Assembly (NCBI RefSeq): GCF_038025025.1
Contig: NW_027117343.1
Span: forward strand, 248,001 to 312,000
Direction: 5' to 3'
Source of the DNA: Phyllosticta citribraziliensis
Taxonomy: Eukaryota
DNA length: 64,000 nt
Shown here: one piece after another, positions 46,533 to 58,635 of the stretch
Layout: each line of letters starts with the position of its first letter
How positions within the stretch are numbered: the first letter of the stretch is position 1
Made by a program: the position numbers and the translations under genes
Notes under the pieces: generated by a model
Databases searched by the model: none
What the model saw: only the letters and a program-made list of their open reading frames with translations
What the model was told of the DNA's origin: nothing

Positions 46533-48418
46533 GGTGCAAGAAGGCCGGGCGCTTCCCACTATCAGCAAGAGTGTGAGGCTTGGATCGGACACTGCTTGAC
46601 TGGCAGAGAAAGGGCGCGGCGTAAAGGAGAAGATGGGCAGGTTAAGCGCTTTGTGACTGCCAGCGCGAAGGTGAGACGAAGAGAAGAGGAGCGCTTGTTG
46701 GCGAGCCCACCGTTGAGGGTGTGAGTTGAAGATGCGAAAAGCATCACGGTGACCTAAACGCGTCGCGAAAATCTGGCGCAGGCGGCGCTAGTCCAGATCA
46801 GGAGATACGGGTGGTGAGGAGGAAGGTGGGTGACTCCTGATATCGGATTAACACACACACATGCGGCTACGTGTTAATTTGGCGCAGACTGGTTTCGCGC
46901 TCAAGAGTGCCTGTTAGTGCAAAGATGCAGGCAAAAGCAGCTCCTCCACTCATTCAGTCACTCACTCACCACATTCGCTCGTCACTGATCCATGACGGCT
47001 GGAAAAATGAGGTTCGCTTTCCTACCAATCTGTCGCTCCTCCGTCTTCGAAAGTCCTGCCTGACTCCAAGCCCAGACTTTGAGAATCCGATGCGTCCTCT
47101 CCCAGAACTCAAGTCTGCCCACGTCTCAATCTTCGCAAATCCAACGTCTGGTGTTCAAGAGTCCAAGCCTGCCTATGCTGCGACCCAACGGTACCGAGCC
47201 ACATGCGCCCACATCGTTGACTCCGAAAACCTTTCGAACTCTTTCAAAGGTACCTTGTCGCCGCAATCCCTCGCTTGAGAGGTCAATATGGGCCTGGCCA
47301 ATGGTAAATGGGGACAAGAATTGGGAACTCAGAGGCTGGACTTCTCGCTCAATTAAAGAAAACATGAAGAACAGCAGCGACGAAAGACTTCTGCAATGCA
47401 CGGAATGTTCCATCACTCCAAGCGTCAGCGTCTCCGAATGCTCCAGAACAAGCAGCGCACAGCTCCCTCTCGCATCTTCCACGTCTCGTAGGCCTTGCAA
47501 CATGTCTTGATCCAAACACCCCACGCCAGCATCATCGCACTCGGTTTCGCATCCCCTGAGTCGAATCCCACATCCGTCCGGCGAAGATTACCGAATGCGG
47601 ACACCGTGGGAGGTCGGTATAAGAGTAAAGGCAAAAAGCTACGGCTTGACGGGAAAGCCAAACTCTATCAACACGTGATTCCATTTTTCCACAGGTACCG
47701 CGTCGGCCGGGCCCGTCTTTCCGACATGTAAACCAGGGCTGTACCCGCGGTACCGGCCGCACCCGCGGTAACGGCCACACCCGTCATTCCGTTGTCCCGT
47801 TACTTTTGTGTCAGTGGTGCACCCGCTCTTTTAATTTCTCGTTTACTTAGTTGACGGGTCTTCGCGCTCGCTCGATCGAGGCACATTGCCTGCGGGCTGA
47901 CTCCGCTCATTGAGCGGTCGTCATGCATTCATCTTTTTCACACAATGCGGCTGGTAGCATCGCTGCCAACCCTTTCGCTCTTCTGGGGTCACATCTGGGC
48001 TGGTGTTCGACATACTGCTGACATGATGGCAACAAAAGACCATAAGGAAATAGATTCTGTCATTTGAAGAGTGAGCTACTTTTTTGGGACTTTCAGCTCC
48101 GTTCCGCTTCTTGGACCCTTCAGCGATTGTCTGAAATTAAAATTGCAACCGAATTCAGTTTTCTGAGATCCCACTCCAACCCTTGCCGTCACTTGCCGCC
48201 AAACTCCATGTCAAGCAATATGCCGTTCTTTCATAGATGCATACCCCTTTTTGGAATCCTCCGCTTTTTTTCCAAAGAAAATTTTGTCCGTCTCAGGTTC
48301 GGAAACGTGAAAGATTTGTTGCTCGCCTCACCCCAACGCTCGCAAGGAGCATTGAGCTCCACTGCCATTCACTCTCGAGGAGCATTCAGTTCCATGGCCA
48401 TTGATGAGAATGTGCCAT

Positions 48419-49430
48419 TCATTTGACACGCCTTTTCTTGGTTGGTTGGGTTCCAATGTTGGCTTCTTCTCCATCGCTTGACTTGATGTCGTACTCGTCG
48501 TACCATTTATCAGGCGGGGCTTGCGGGTTCCACCTTTCAATCGAGAAATTATTGCGACACTTCCTGCACTGGACTTCGTTCTGCTGCAGCTTGTTTTCGA
48601 ACGACACGTTCCAATCGCGCTTGCATACCTGGCACCAGCGCTCGCGCTTTCTGGTCTCGATGTTGCAACGCACCAATTCGGGCCAGAATCCGTCCAGATT
48701 TTTCATGCTCTCTGCGAACCGCTGGTGACTCATGAGGCTGACGATATGCTTTGAAGCGTACGCGATAGCCTGTCGGCGTAGTCCTAGATCAGTGCTGGGT
48801 GTGGTCTCGAAAATCTTGTGCGTGAGCCTCGTGAAGAAGGCCGGCGAGAGAGTGCCGCAAATGTAGAAATTGGAGAGCAAGGCATGGAATGCTCCTTGCG
48901 CAGCCGACTTGAGCCCAGCCACTCGATATTTGTCGGCAAGCGCATACGCGAGGACCCAACGCATCAACTTCTCAGACTCTTCCTTTCGATAAATGCCGAA
49001 GTAGAAGTTATCACCCGTCTTTTTGCCCGCGGGTAGGTCCCTAAGTATTCCAACGTCGGCCTCGCAAGTGTAGCAGTAGGAAAGCATGAACCTAACGAGG
49101 ATCGGGTCTTCATCGTCGAGCGTAATGACTCCTGTCCTGGCCTCCTGTTTCCACGCTTAGCTCGTTTCGAAGTCAAGGACATCGTAGATCTTACTATGAA
49201 GGGAGAGTCGTGCTTGAAAGCCAGCGCAAAGAATTCCGACTGTGCGCCGAGGACGACTTTGTGAGCATAGAATTCCTCGCCGTTGCAGCGAACAGTAAGG
49301 TCTGTGTGCTGCTTCGTTTTGAAGCCGGTGGTCGAGTACATGGTGAGACCTTTCGTCAATGTTTTGGCGTGGTCTGCAGCAGATGGATCAGCTTCGCCTG
49401 CTTCACGTTTGGAAAGAACATACCGGTCAT
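48419..49430 (-). CDS. BTB/POZ-domain protein with C4 zinc ribbon and basic tail (paralog 3), ~303 aa
   Basis: Exons 49430-49424, 49373-49195 and 49144-48419 (GTATGT/CAG, GTAAGA/CAG; 912 nt in frame). Motifs TDLTVRCNGEEFYAHKVVLGAQSEFF, EARTGVITL, YALADKYRV and CQVC-x18-CRKC. Ends in PTKKRRVK. Confidence 0.88.
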
Positions 49431-49516
49431 GGCGAGGAAGCAGCTTGACGAGGTGATCTGGCGGATGATTTGGTGGAGAGGAGAAGTGATGAAGAGAGGG
49501 CTCGGGTGAATGTGCG

Positions 49517-49818
49517 AGGTTGGAGAGGAGAGAGAGGTGCGCGGTGATTGAAGAGGTAGATATACCCGCAGCGGGCACAAAGTCCAAGTAGGAAGGCTGA
49601 GTCAACGGAGGAAGTCACGGTGGCACCTCTCACTCCAGATGATGAGAGCAGTTGAGGTATTGAGCAAAGCTAGACCTGGATGGGGGGTTCATGTTGAGGT
49701 TGAAGAGGAGAGGAGCTGCGTGGTGATTGAAGAGGTAGATATACACGCCCGTGGGCAGCGCCGGCGCAAGGCCCAATGAGGAAATCTGGGTCAACGGAGG
49801 AAGTCACGATGGTACCTC
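49517..49818. repeat. Direct duplication (~115-120 bp, offset ~180 bp) of the BTB paralog 3 upstream region
   Basis: GGTGATTGAAGAGGTAGATATAC and GTCAACGGAGGAAGTCACG.TGG.ACCTC occur in both 49517-49628 and 49697-49818. Confidence 0.85.
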
Positions 49819-50761
49819 CCGCTCTACCACGCTCCGTACTGCATCGCGCGCTGCACAAGCAGCGAACAAAAATATCTTCAACTCCTTCACCACGCCACGC
49901 CGTCTGGCAGACTCAATCCACCTCACCACTGTCTTACCGCACCACTCTCCGATTACCACATCTGCCGCCGCACCCGTCTCGCTCAGGCGCCTCTTCGAAA
50001 CGACGCGCCTTCGTTCTTTTATACCTCCAGCTTGCTTCGTGGGTTGCACCAGCTTTGCGCAGTCCGCGGCTTCAAAGGCTTGCCAAATCTTCGCTTCCAT
50101 TGCCTGAACTCACACAAGGAACGCGGCCGTACATGTCGGGGGATAGGATGCATTGCTTTCTACATGCGGGGCGAGCGACAACGCAAAGCCAGCGACTGCG
50201 GTTTGGCCTGTGGAGCAGAAGCGTGTTATTCTTCCACAGCTGTTGGTCGTGGCGAGGAGATACAAAAGGAAAGGATGCGCCCGTGCTCTTCCTGGAACGA
50301 ATGGTCGGGAATGCGGATGCAATATTCTCGGGGTTTGCTGCAAGCAGCACACCATGGTAGTGATTGCGGCCGGGCCAGCGAGGGAGGGCCGTAGTATCCC
50401 TTGAACGGCGATAGAGCACAAGAGAAAAAGACAGTATAGGAAAGAAACGAACGGGCGGGGAGGGAAAGGAAAGGCAGCGTTTGGGCTTGGGTTTGCCGGA
50501 CGGTATCGCGGCCGAAGAGGAAAACTCTGGACAAATGAAAGAAAGACCCAGGAAATGATGTGCGTAGCAACTCCCCAGAAATGTATGGACAGACCCAGAA
50601 ACTTCTTTCGACGCCTTGCGAGATGCGTGGTATACCAGTATGAACCACCAGTTGCGCCAATCCCGATGCTCCTGTCCGCGTGTTGGCCCATCCGAACACG
50701 ATGCCGTTTCAAACGCCAGGTACATGCAGAAAAACCCCAAAGACAAACCTCCATCCAAACA

Positions 50762-52711
50762 TTACAGCCTGCAATTGTCGAGCAAATCCTCTATCTGCAT
50801 CATTGGCGACGCCGCGCGGGTTCTCTTCGCATCCGGATTTTCAACCCCCTCAATGAAGCTCTTTCCTGCGTCGTCATCGTCTCCGGCGATGACGTCCTGC
50901 TCGTCCAACCAGCCCTCCTCCATGGCGAGGACGATCAAATCCTTTGCGGACCAGACGCCCGAAGTGGCTACGTTATCTGGATCCAAGAGATCCTCCAGCT
51001 TCTCCAAGATCTTCTCCAATGCCAGCTTCTTCTCGACGAGCAGCTCTTCAAACGACTTTTCGACCTTGGAAGCTCCCTTTTTCCTTGACCTACTCCCGTT
51101 GGATCTGCCCTTCTTGATCTTCTTGGTCGGCGTAATCTGGTACATCATCTCGTGTAAGACGAAGTGGAGCCACATGAGGTTGGTTTGGGGATGGAAGCCG
51201 GCCCAGGTGCGGCCTTTGGCCTTTGCCTCATCTTTTCGCGCGTCGACGTCGGCGAGGGGGTCGTCAAGGAACATGGCGCCACGCATGTAGCGGTAGATTT
51301 CATACTGGTAGTTTTCGGATGCATCGGCTTCAAACAGATAGTCTTGCAGCTCCAGGTCCTCATAGGCAATGTCGATGAGTTTTGGCTCCGGGGATTTCAA
51401 CGGTGACGTCATTTGAGCTCGTGATAATGTGTAGTCGATGAGTGTGGTCTCGAGGCCAGTGAAGTTGAGCTTGCGTGCGAGCTGGGCGGCGCTGCTGGGT
51501 GCGGCGATGGGTTCGTTCGAGTTGATGGGCCGGATGCAGATGTTGCCCATGTGCAAGTCGCGATGTTCGAAATGCGCTTCCTCTTCACCTTTGCCCAACG
51601 CCAGTGCGATGCCCCAGAATATATCCCAGACGCCAAAGACGCCTCCAACAGTCTCCAAGTCTCTCTCCTCCAGGTCGCTGCCTGCGTCTTGCATCTCGAT
51701 GACCGCCCAGAGCTGTGATGCGTCGTAGCTGCCTTCAACGCCGGGATCGGGAAAGATGCTTTTGTTCTCCTCCGGTCGCGCGTCGTTCCAATCCCGCCAG
51801 GCCTTGATGAAGGGTCCCGAAGGTGCCCCCTTTAGAACTTCGACTGCTCGAAAGTTGGTGAAGCCTGGCACTTCCGACATACGTTTGAGAAGTTTGACTT
51901 CGCCAACGACGGACTCTACGGAGCTCATGTTCTCAACGCGTTCGTCCAGCTCCTTTTCCTCTTCGGTCCTTCGTTTTCCTCGCGGGCGGTCGACAGTCGG
52001 AGGAGGCTTCAGAGCTATGATCTTGAGAACGGACTCGTCAGACTTGGTGAAACCATAAAAGTCTTCGTTGAGCGCGAGTCGGTACACCTCGCCGTAAGAT
52101 GCTTCGGCTATTTTGATGACCTGGAATCGGGGTTCCAGACTGGCTGCCCATGTTGAGAATCGTTTTGGCGCGAAGTTTCTGTGAGTAGGGTCTGAGCAAA
52201 GGCGAAGCAGGTTTCTCACGTGGAAAAAGACTGGGTTTCGACGTCGATGCTCTGGTATCGAGACATCTGGGGGCTTTCTGCGCCCAGATTTGGCGCTTTT
52301 TGCCTCCGGGGTCGCTGTGGCCGTGGAAGGAAGCTTCTCTGAACACTCGATCGTTGGCATGCATGCCCCGAGGTCGAATGCTCCGGGAGGCGACGAGGCT
52401 CCTCTCGCTTCACATTCGGTTCGAGTCGTCCCTCGGTTCAGCTTTGCTTTTGGCCGTCGAGAAGGCGAGCAGACGACGTTGCTATCAATGGGTTGCAAAG
52501 CACGTTGTTGCCTTTCGACTTTGCTCCCGTCCTCGATTCGGTCGTCTTCGAGCTCATTCATCTTCGAAGCCCTTCGTTCCGGAATGGCCTCGACAGTTTT
52601 TATCGGCTTGAGCTCCGTTGGCTGTTCGGTCGGGCTGGTGAATAGGTCCGTCATGCTGCAGAATGCGGTCGTCTTCTTGGAACGCTTTCCGTATGTTTTG
52701 ATGCCGGCCAT
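50762..52711 (-). CDS. Haspin-family protein kinase (histone H3 Thr3 kinase; Alk1/Hrk1-like), 649 aa
   Basis: Atypical kinase motifs KIAEASYGEVY, SVLKII, FEHRDLHMGNICI, haspin-specific IDYTLSRA, YQYEIYRYMR and FHPQTNLMWLHFVL. Basic disordered N-terminus (KTYGKR). Confidence 0.93.
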   Translation of the reverse strand: MAGIKTYGKRSKKTTAFCSMTDLFTSPTEQPTELKPIKTVEAIPERRASKMNELEDDRIEDGSKVERQQRALQPIDSNVVCSPSRRPKAKLNRGTTRTECEARGASSPPGAFDLGACMPTIECSEKLPSTATATPEAKSAKSGRRKPPDVSIPEHRRRNPVFFHVRNLLRLCSDPTHRNFAPKRFSTWAASLEPRFQVIKIAEASYGEVYRLALNEDFYGFTKSDESVLKIIALKPPPTVDRPRGKRRTEEEKELDERVENMSSVESVVGEVKLLKRMSEVPGFTNFRAVEVLKGAPSGPFIKAWRDWNDARPEENKSIFPDPGVEGSYDASQLWAVIEMQDAGSDLEERDLETVGGVFGVWDIFWGIALALGKGEEEAHFEHRDLHMGNICIRPINSNEPIAAPSSAAQLARKLNFTGLETTLIDYTLSRAQMTSPLKSPEPKLIDIAYEDLELQDYLFEADASENYQYEIYRYMRGAMFLDDPLADVDARKDEAKAKGRTWAGFHPQTNLMWLHFVLHEMMYQITPTKKIKKGRSNGSRSRKKGASKVEKSFEELLVEKKLALEKILEKLEDLLDPDNVATSGVWSAKDLIVLAMEEGWLDEQDVIAGDDDDAGKSFIEGVENPDAKRTRAASPMMQIEDLLDNCRL

Positions 52712-52898
52712 GGTGTCGGCTCGAGTTGTCGGCGTATTCCGGTGTGGGTTTTAAGTTGAGCGCGGTTCCCAGCGGGCGGGTGGCAAGGGTGCGTGGACGG
52801 TCGGAAGGGAGAGATGTTGAGTTGGAATGTTGAAGAGGGCTTTGCGCAAGCTGCGACTTTTGCCTGATCTCGTGCTAGCGCGGTGGTTGCCCCAGCAA

Positions 52899-52942
52899 CG
52901 TTATCGTCATCGTTATCGTCATCGTTATCGTCATCGTTATCA
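52899..52942. repeat. 12-bp tandem repeat CGTTATCGTCAT, ~3.5 units
   Basis: Directly visible, upstream of the haspin gene. Confidence 0.8.
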
Positions 52943-53082
52943 GCAACGACAAGGGCAGACGAGGCAGTCAGGGATCGTTCAACTGCGTCGCCTTTGTCAG
53001 AGGGCCACCGAAAAGCTTCTAATGGCACGGCGTGTTGGTCATGATTGCGCCCAAAAAGTTCGGAGACAGGAATGTCCGACAT

Positions 53083-53131
53083 GCCCGAAGTAGACGCCCG
53101 AAGTAGACGCCCGAAGTAGACGCTCGAAGTA
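53083..53131. repeat. 13-bp tandem repeat GCCCGAAGTAGAC, ~3.7 units
   Basis: Directly visible. Confidence 0.8.
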
Positions 53132-55656
53132 AGTGCCGAAGCAAGTAGTCTTCTGCATGTCCTGCTCAGAACTATTCATTTCAGCCACAAAGCAACGGGA
53201 AGAGCGTTGGGGAAGTATCTCGTCCCGAATTTCAGGCTGGAAGAAAGCATATCTCCATAAAACGCGGCTTTCTTTCCTATTAGGATCTACGTCCACATGC
53301 AAAGGCTGAGTATCGAAATACCGGTTATTCACTCTCTACACCATTAAACTAGATATTCAACATGGGTAAGGTTCACTTTTAGGGCAACAAGTAGACCAGT
53401 CACCCACAACTAGCTGAATTTGTCGATAAGAGGCCTGAGTACATAGCGCTCCGTGAAATCGATGGCTACGCTCAGCGCCTAAATGGTGGAGCCTCAGCAC
53501 TTACCGCAAAAAGTAGGTCATTTGGACTGGGTTCTTGGTAGTGCGCGTCCAGCAGATGTTCAAGATATACGCGAAGCCCACGGATACAATACAAAATCTC
53601 AAAATCCAAATGCCTAGGTATAAAATGACGTCGGCGACTTGGCCATGCTTAAACGCGTGGTGCGCGCGTCTTATTTGCTTCGGCGCAGTATTAACTTCTC
53701 CATGACGCGGCATGACTCTGTTCTCTTTTTGGAAATATACCTTGTTATTTCGGGCTGCAGTCACCCTTGTGGCTGGTCAACATTGGCGGTAAGAGTCCGT
53801 GTGGGAGCTGTTGTTGAAACGCGTTCAATGACGGCTTCAGTGCAGCTTGTTACTAGGTAATTCTTGCACGCTGGCCGGAGACGGCGAGAGCTATTTAGAA
53901 ATCCGGTTGCTAAATGGCATTGCTCTGACTCTTGAGCTCGATGATGGTAGGTTGTGGTACTAGAAGTTCACTTTCTAGGGGCATACCAAATTGAACATCT
54001 GCTGCTGTCAGCCTGCTCTTACCAAACCTGAATAACATTCATTGCGTCACGGGCGTATCTTTCCGCTCCCTTGCAAACCCCCATGTCAAAGTTGCCGCTG
54101 ACTCGAATTATTAAGGAACCTATTTGACGGTGCATTTATGGCCAACTGTTGCAGATCAACCTGGACTTGTCACCAATCAATGCCATTGTTTCAACTCAAT
54201 ACGGCTTAGAGTTGCTACCCGGGCGAAGATAGTATGAAAATAGCTTGATTCAGGCCGTCGCGCCAATTACGCAAGACGGCGATAACAAGTCGTCTACCTA
54301 ACAAAGCAGACAAGGGAACTGACGAGAAAACTGCCAGCACGACTGTCTCAGACCTCAAGCAAAGAAGCAAAGAAGCAAGCAAGACATGACTGCGAGACTG
54401 CAACCGAAGTTGCGTGCGCAGGTGCGCTTATCACTACCGGAGGAAGAGAGCTTCGTTATACTCTGTTGTTTTGGAGAACGCCGTAAATCAACGGTCTTCA
54501 GTCCACTGACCGAGGCTTGGTAGCAAAAGCCGTGGCAGACACAACAATGGTTGAGGTCAGTCAAGGAGAATTCAAGACCCTGAGAGATTAGGTCTAGGGA
54601 GCATTCGAGCCCCAACCTACAGAAACTGAGGATTGTGTGTGCCACGACTTTTGCGGCGGAGCCTTGGACCCTCCGACCACTCCGGCTCCTGAGGTCCGCG
54701 AATCATCCCCATCATCGTGCCGTGTACCGTCACGAAATTTGCCACAAGCCCCATCATCAACCTTGAAGGCAATGGAAGATCCCGTTCTTCGACTTGTGTG
54801 TCTGGAGCCGACGAGCTGGAAACAGCGGAGTGCAAACAACTCTCCTCATCGTTATTGCCTCGTCCTTCGTGTTGCGGAAGCTTCTTTTGCCTGCGTCACG
54901 CGCGCAGCCATTTCCACCCGGTCAGAATTTCAGTGACCTCTCCATGATTACTCAAGAAAGAGCCAAAGCAACTATTATATCCCACTAGAAAGCAATTCAG
55001 CATCTACAGATCTTGAATGCTCCAAGAGACCAGGCAAGAAGCAACGCCAAGCCAAAAAGGGAGACAGAAAGGCGCCGCAGTACGATTGACCAGCGAAATT
55101 CGCCACTATCATCCGCGGATACGCAGTTCAAACTTCTCCTGTGCGTACAGGTAAGCCAAACGGAATTGAGCAGTCCATGTTGCATTCCACAAGATGACCA
55201 CGCCAGATGCAGGGTCGTTGCTAAAGTCGTCGAATAGCATTCACGTTCAGCACCATGTGCACATTCTGCGATCTAAAAACTACCCTGTTCCTCTATCATT
55301 TATGGCTTGCATTTAAGAGTAAGCTACACAAAATCTGTCTCTTTGACGTTTTGTAGACCCACCGTGTTGAGCCCTATTAGGGACCTTAACGTTCTCTGCC
55401 ATGCCAATCAGGTCCATGAAACAGAGCACGCGACCTCAACACACACCCGCTGTCTGGCGAAAGCCCACCGTCTATCCTCCCGTTGAGAGCCTGTTCAGAC
55501 TCGAAACTGCCATCTCTCGACAAGCTGCTTCGTGAATGAGGAGATTTCTAAAGTTAGCAGACTTTACGGCGTTGGAGAGAGGAGACGACGGTGGATCACG
55601 GCTTGAAGCTGCTGTGTTGCCCACTTTTCTCGAGGCTCACGATAAGAGGAACTGGC

Positions 55657-55662
55657 TATAAA
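55657..55662 (+). promoter_or_regulatory. Putative TATA box of the GDPD gene
   Basis: TATAAA lies ~75 nt upstream of the ATG at 55736. Confidence 0.45.
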
Positions 55663-55735
55663 GCCCACGTCTCTTCTCGTGGAAAGACATCTATCCAACA
55701 TTGTGACAGAGAGAAAACTCCCCACTGTCTTCAAC

Positions 55736-56857
55736 ATGCTACTCCAGAAACTACTCTTTGCTCTTTATTTCGCTGCAGTCATCCACTGTCAATGCCTCAA
55801 AAACCCCAGCAAAATCATCAAGGCAATGAATGGTGAGGATGCCCAACTCCGCCTTGTCTTTGCCCACCGCGGCATCCAAACCCGAATCGCCGTGGAGAAT
55901 TCTATCCGAGCCGTCGACGAGGCTTGCAAGACCGACGTCGACGGTATCGAAATCGATGTCCAAATCGCAAAAGATGGGACCCTTTGGCCGAGCCACGACA
56001 CGCGGGTTGGTCGCATCACAAGCTACAAAGACAAGCCCACGGACACCCTGTTTGATATCCTGAAGGACGACCCATACGGACCCAAGAACCCACGGATCAG
56101 AGACTTGACACACGACCAGCTGGATTCTCTCTTCCTCCGCAACACCCGGGGTGAGGTCCAACAAGGTGTCTATTTCCACAGCGTCGAATTTGTGCTCACC
56201 CAAGTCAAAACCAATTACCCTCACGTCGCCATAGTCTTGGATGTCAAAAGTGCTGATGCAGTCACGCCTGCCGCTGAGCTTGTCAACCGGTTGGGGATGC
56301 AGGGGCAAGTCGTCATCAAATTTCTTGCCGTCTGGGTTCCGCCGTCAGCCGTGGCCAGCGCCACAAGAGGCGTCGGCTTCATCGTTGTCACATACTGCGA
56401 CATGCTTGACGGTTTTGTGGACAAAGGAATTGGCCCGAATCCGCAGGAGAAGGTCAAATCCTACCTCTCAGCGTACTTCAACAATCCCAACTATGTCTCC
56501 ATGGAGCCCCCGACCAAGAACTGGTTTGTCTCCAACAACAAAGAGGTTGTGCTTCCAACAGGGCCCGGTGGCTTTGTCGACAGGTGGTTGGTCAACGAGG
56601 TCAAGAGGGGTATCGGAAAATTCCACTTGAGGAACGACTACAATCTTGGTACAGTTGACTCTTTGGGGCATTGTTGTGTGGACGCCAACTCCTATCTTGC
56701 CACCTCAAGGGTCTTTGGCAAAGAAGGCCCGGACCAGCGCTATGATGCCAACGTCGTCTTGAAAGCTGCGGACTGGGTGACGACAGATTCGGCTACTGAA
56801 GTCCTGGCAGACGCTGTAAGGTCAGGTTTCCGTGTCAAAAGGGACACTCTTTGCTAG
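55736..56857 (+). CDS. Secreted glycerophosphodiester phosphodiesterase (GDPD)-domain protein, 373 aa, intronless
   Basis: Signal-peptide-like MLLQKLLFALYFAAVIHC. GDPD motifs FAHRG, ENS, GIEIDVQIAKDG, HDTRVGRIT, LDVK and C-terminal VTTD. Confidence 0.88.
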   Translation: MLLQKLLFALYFAAVIHCQCLKNPSKIIKAMNGEDAQLRLVFAHRGIQTRIAVENSIRAVDEACKTDVDGIEIDVQIAKDGTLWPSHDTRVGRITSYKDKPTDTLFDILKDDPYGPKNPRIRDLTHDQLDSLFLRNTRGEVQQGVYFHSVEFVLTQVKTNYPHVAIVLDVKSADAVTPAAELVNRLGMQGQVVIKFLAVWVPPSAVASATRGVGFIVVTYCDMLDGFVDKGIGPNPQEKVKSYLSAYFNNPNYVSMEPPTKNWFVSNNKEVVLPTGPGGFVDRWLVNEVKRGIGKFHLRNDYNLGTVDSLGHCCVDANSYLATSRVFGKEGPDQRYDANVVLKAADWVTTDSATEVLADAVRSGFRVKRDTLC

Positions 56858-58496
56858 GGAGATTTGCTTGCCTTTCATGAATTCTTTCTCACCTCCCGCT
56901 CTTTCTTCTCTCTTTCGGATCCTGGACGTCATTCGCTGGTCTGCTCGCTTGCCGTTTTTGCCCTTTCGAGTCATTTTTGCGCGTTTATTGATCAATGGCG
57001 AGGTCGGTTCGTGTGAGGTTGTTAGTGAGTTGCGATTCTTGGGAGGTTTGACAGCTTAGGTTGCCAAGTTCCTCGTCCAAGGACAATTTCTCCCTATTCC
57101 AGAACACTGAACTTGATCAATTGTCTCGTGATTAATTAAACAATTTTCCAACCGCGGAATCAAAAAGAACTTCCAGACAAAGAACGGAATGCAGGTTCAG
57201 TGCTGCCTCTGCAGTGTTCATCCAATGTGCTTGCTCCCCTGAACAACGTGGACAGCATCTGAGTGATCAATGACGACGCCCTGCTCAACTAACGTCATCA
57301 TTTGCTTTTTTGTTTGATTTGCGCCGCGATATCTTGCCAGTGCACTCCCTTCCTGGGCTTCGGATCGTCTAGAAAGTAAAGCGTACATGCAGGTCGGGAT
57401 TTTTTGTCATTTTGGTCTTGACTCGTGGAATCGCGGCCGTACCTTTGCGAATGCCGGAATCGACTGGGAACTTCCATGGACAAGCCGTTACTCCTCCCCG
57501 TATTTGGTAACTTTTCTCCCGGTGACAGCTTAGATATCGAATGCTTCTTGCAAGTAGTCAGAGCAGCATTAGTTCGTCGTCAACTTCGAGATACTGAATT
57601 CTTGACATTGAGTCCTTCATACGGGTGAGCTGTTCAATCCACAAGTGGTCACCGTTGACGGCTGAGCTCTTGAAGTTCTGGTATGTTTCGACCGTTTCAC
57701 ACTATGGCCGGTCGAATTTGGCAATTATGCTTCGGAATGTGGCTGGGATCATGATCTACGGCAATCGGAGACGGTGAGTTTCGGTCCCGAAGCGGGAGAA
57801 AGCTCCGCTCTCGAAGCCACAGTCGTCTGAGGTGCGGAATCTTCCTTTGAAATACCTCTATGTCCACACTTTTAGCGTGGCGGTCTTTTTTATCGCCGGT
57901 ATCAGTAATTACAGTGACAATCTGGCTTCAGGGCGGTCATAAGGCTTAGCATGTGGAAACAGCTAAATCGGCTACGCGTTTCCTGCTCTCTCACAGCCCC
58001 TTGATTCACTCCTCCAAACCTGCACATCGCATTTTCCCTTCCTATTTGCCCTCTCCAACCCACAAACACGACGACTATGCTCATTCCCATTGTTTGGCTG
58101 TCGAGTCCGTGTTCCGCTGTTCATTGCTGGGAGGCTCGAGCAGATGTCGCTGTATGACGCTGGCCATCGGCGCCCGGGAAAAGTTCAGCGAACGTAAGAA
58201 GTCTACCAGGCTGCATGGCGGTGATAGTATTAGGAGATGTGTCCTTCAGGATAATCCAGGGGCGACCAAATCCGCAAAACGAAGTGAATGGCCGGATATC
58301 ACCGGAAAAAGAAGGAGGCACATTCGCCAGGAGAGCACGGGGGCTGCCGCCGCCACCGTTGTGCGAAGAAACAACATCGTCGCCCTCTCTTTTTAAGGTT
58401 CCCCACAGGTAGATACATCCACTGGACTTGGTACCGGTGCTCCTAGTGGTGCAGCAGCTGCCGGGGCCCGAGTATCAGAGAGCCGGCTTCTTGTCG

Positions 58497-58635
58497 CACA
58501 TTGGGCTTTGAAAAAAATGACAGACTCTCTGATTCTGGCGACGGCAATGAGCGACTGCTCCCTGAGCGTAGTTGTGACAATAAACGGATATTCCTCAGGC
58601 GCACTTCTCACTAAAATCTCCATAATTGATGCGTG
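58497..58635. mobile_element. Degenerate third copy of the CACAGTG MITE family (one end retained)
   Basis: Begins CACATTGGGCTTTGAAAAAAATGACAGACTCTCTG, matching the copy 1 end CACAGTGGGTGTAGAAAGAAGTGAGACTCCCTAG. Motif variants at 58553 and 58586 are 33 bp apart. The other end and TSD are not recognisable. Confidence 0.6.

Noticed and set aside
53150..55600. Gene-free stretch as possible transposase or retroelement remnant
   Set aside because: No RT, integrase or DDE motifs, LTRs or TIRs were recognisable by eye.
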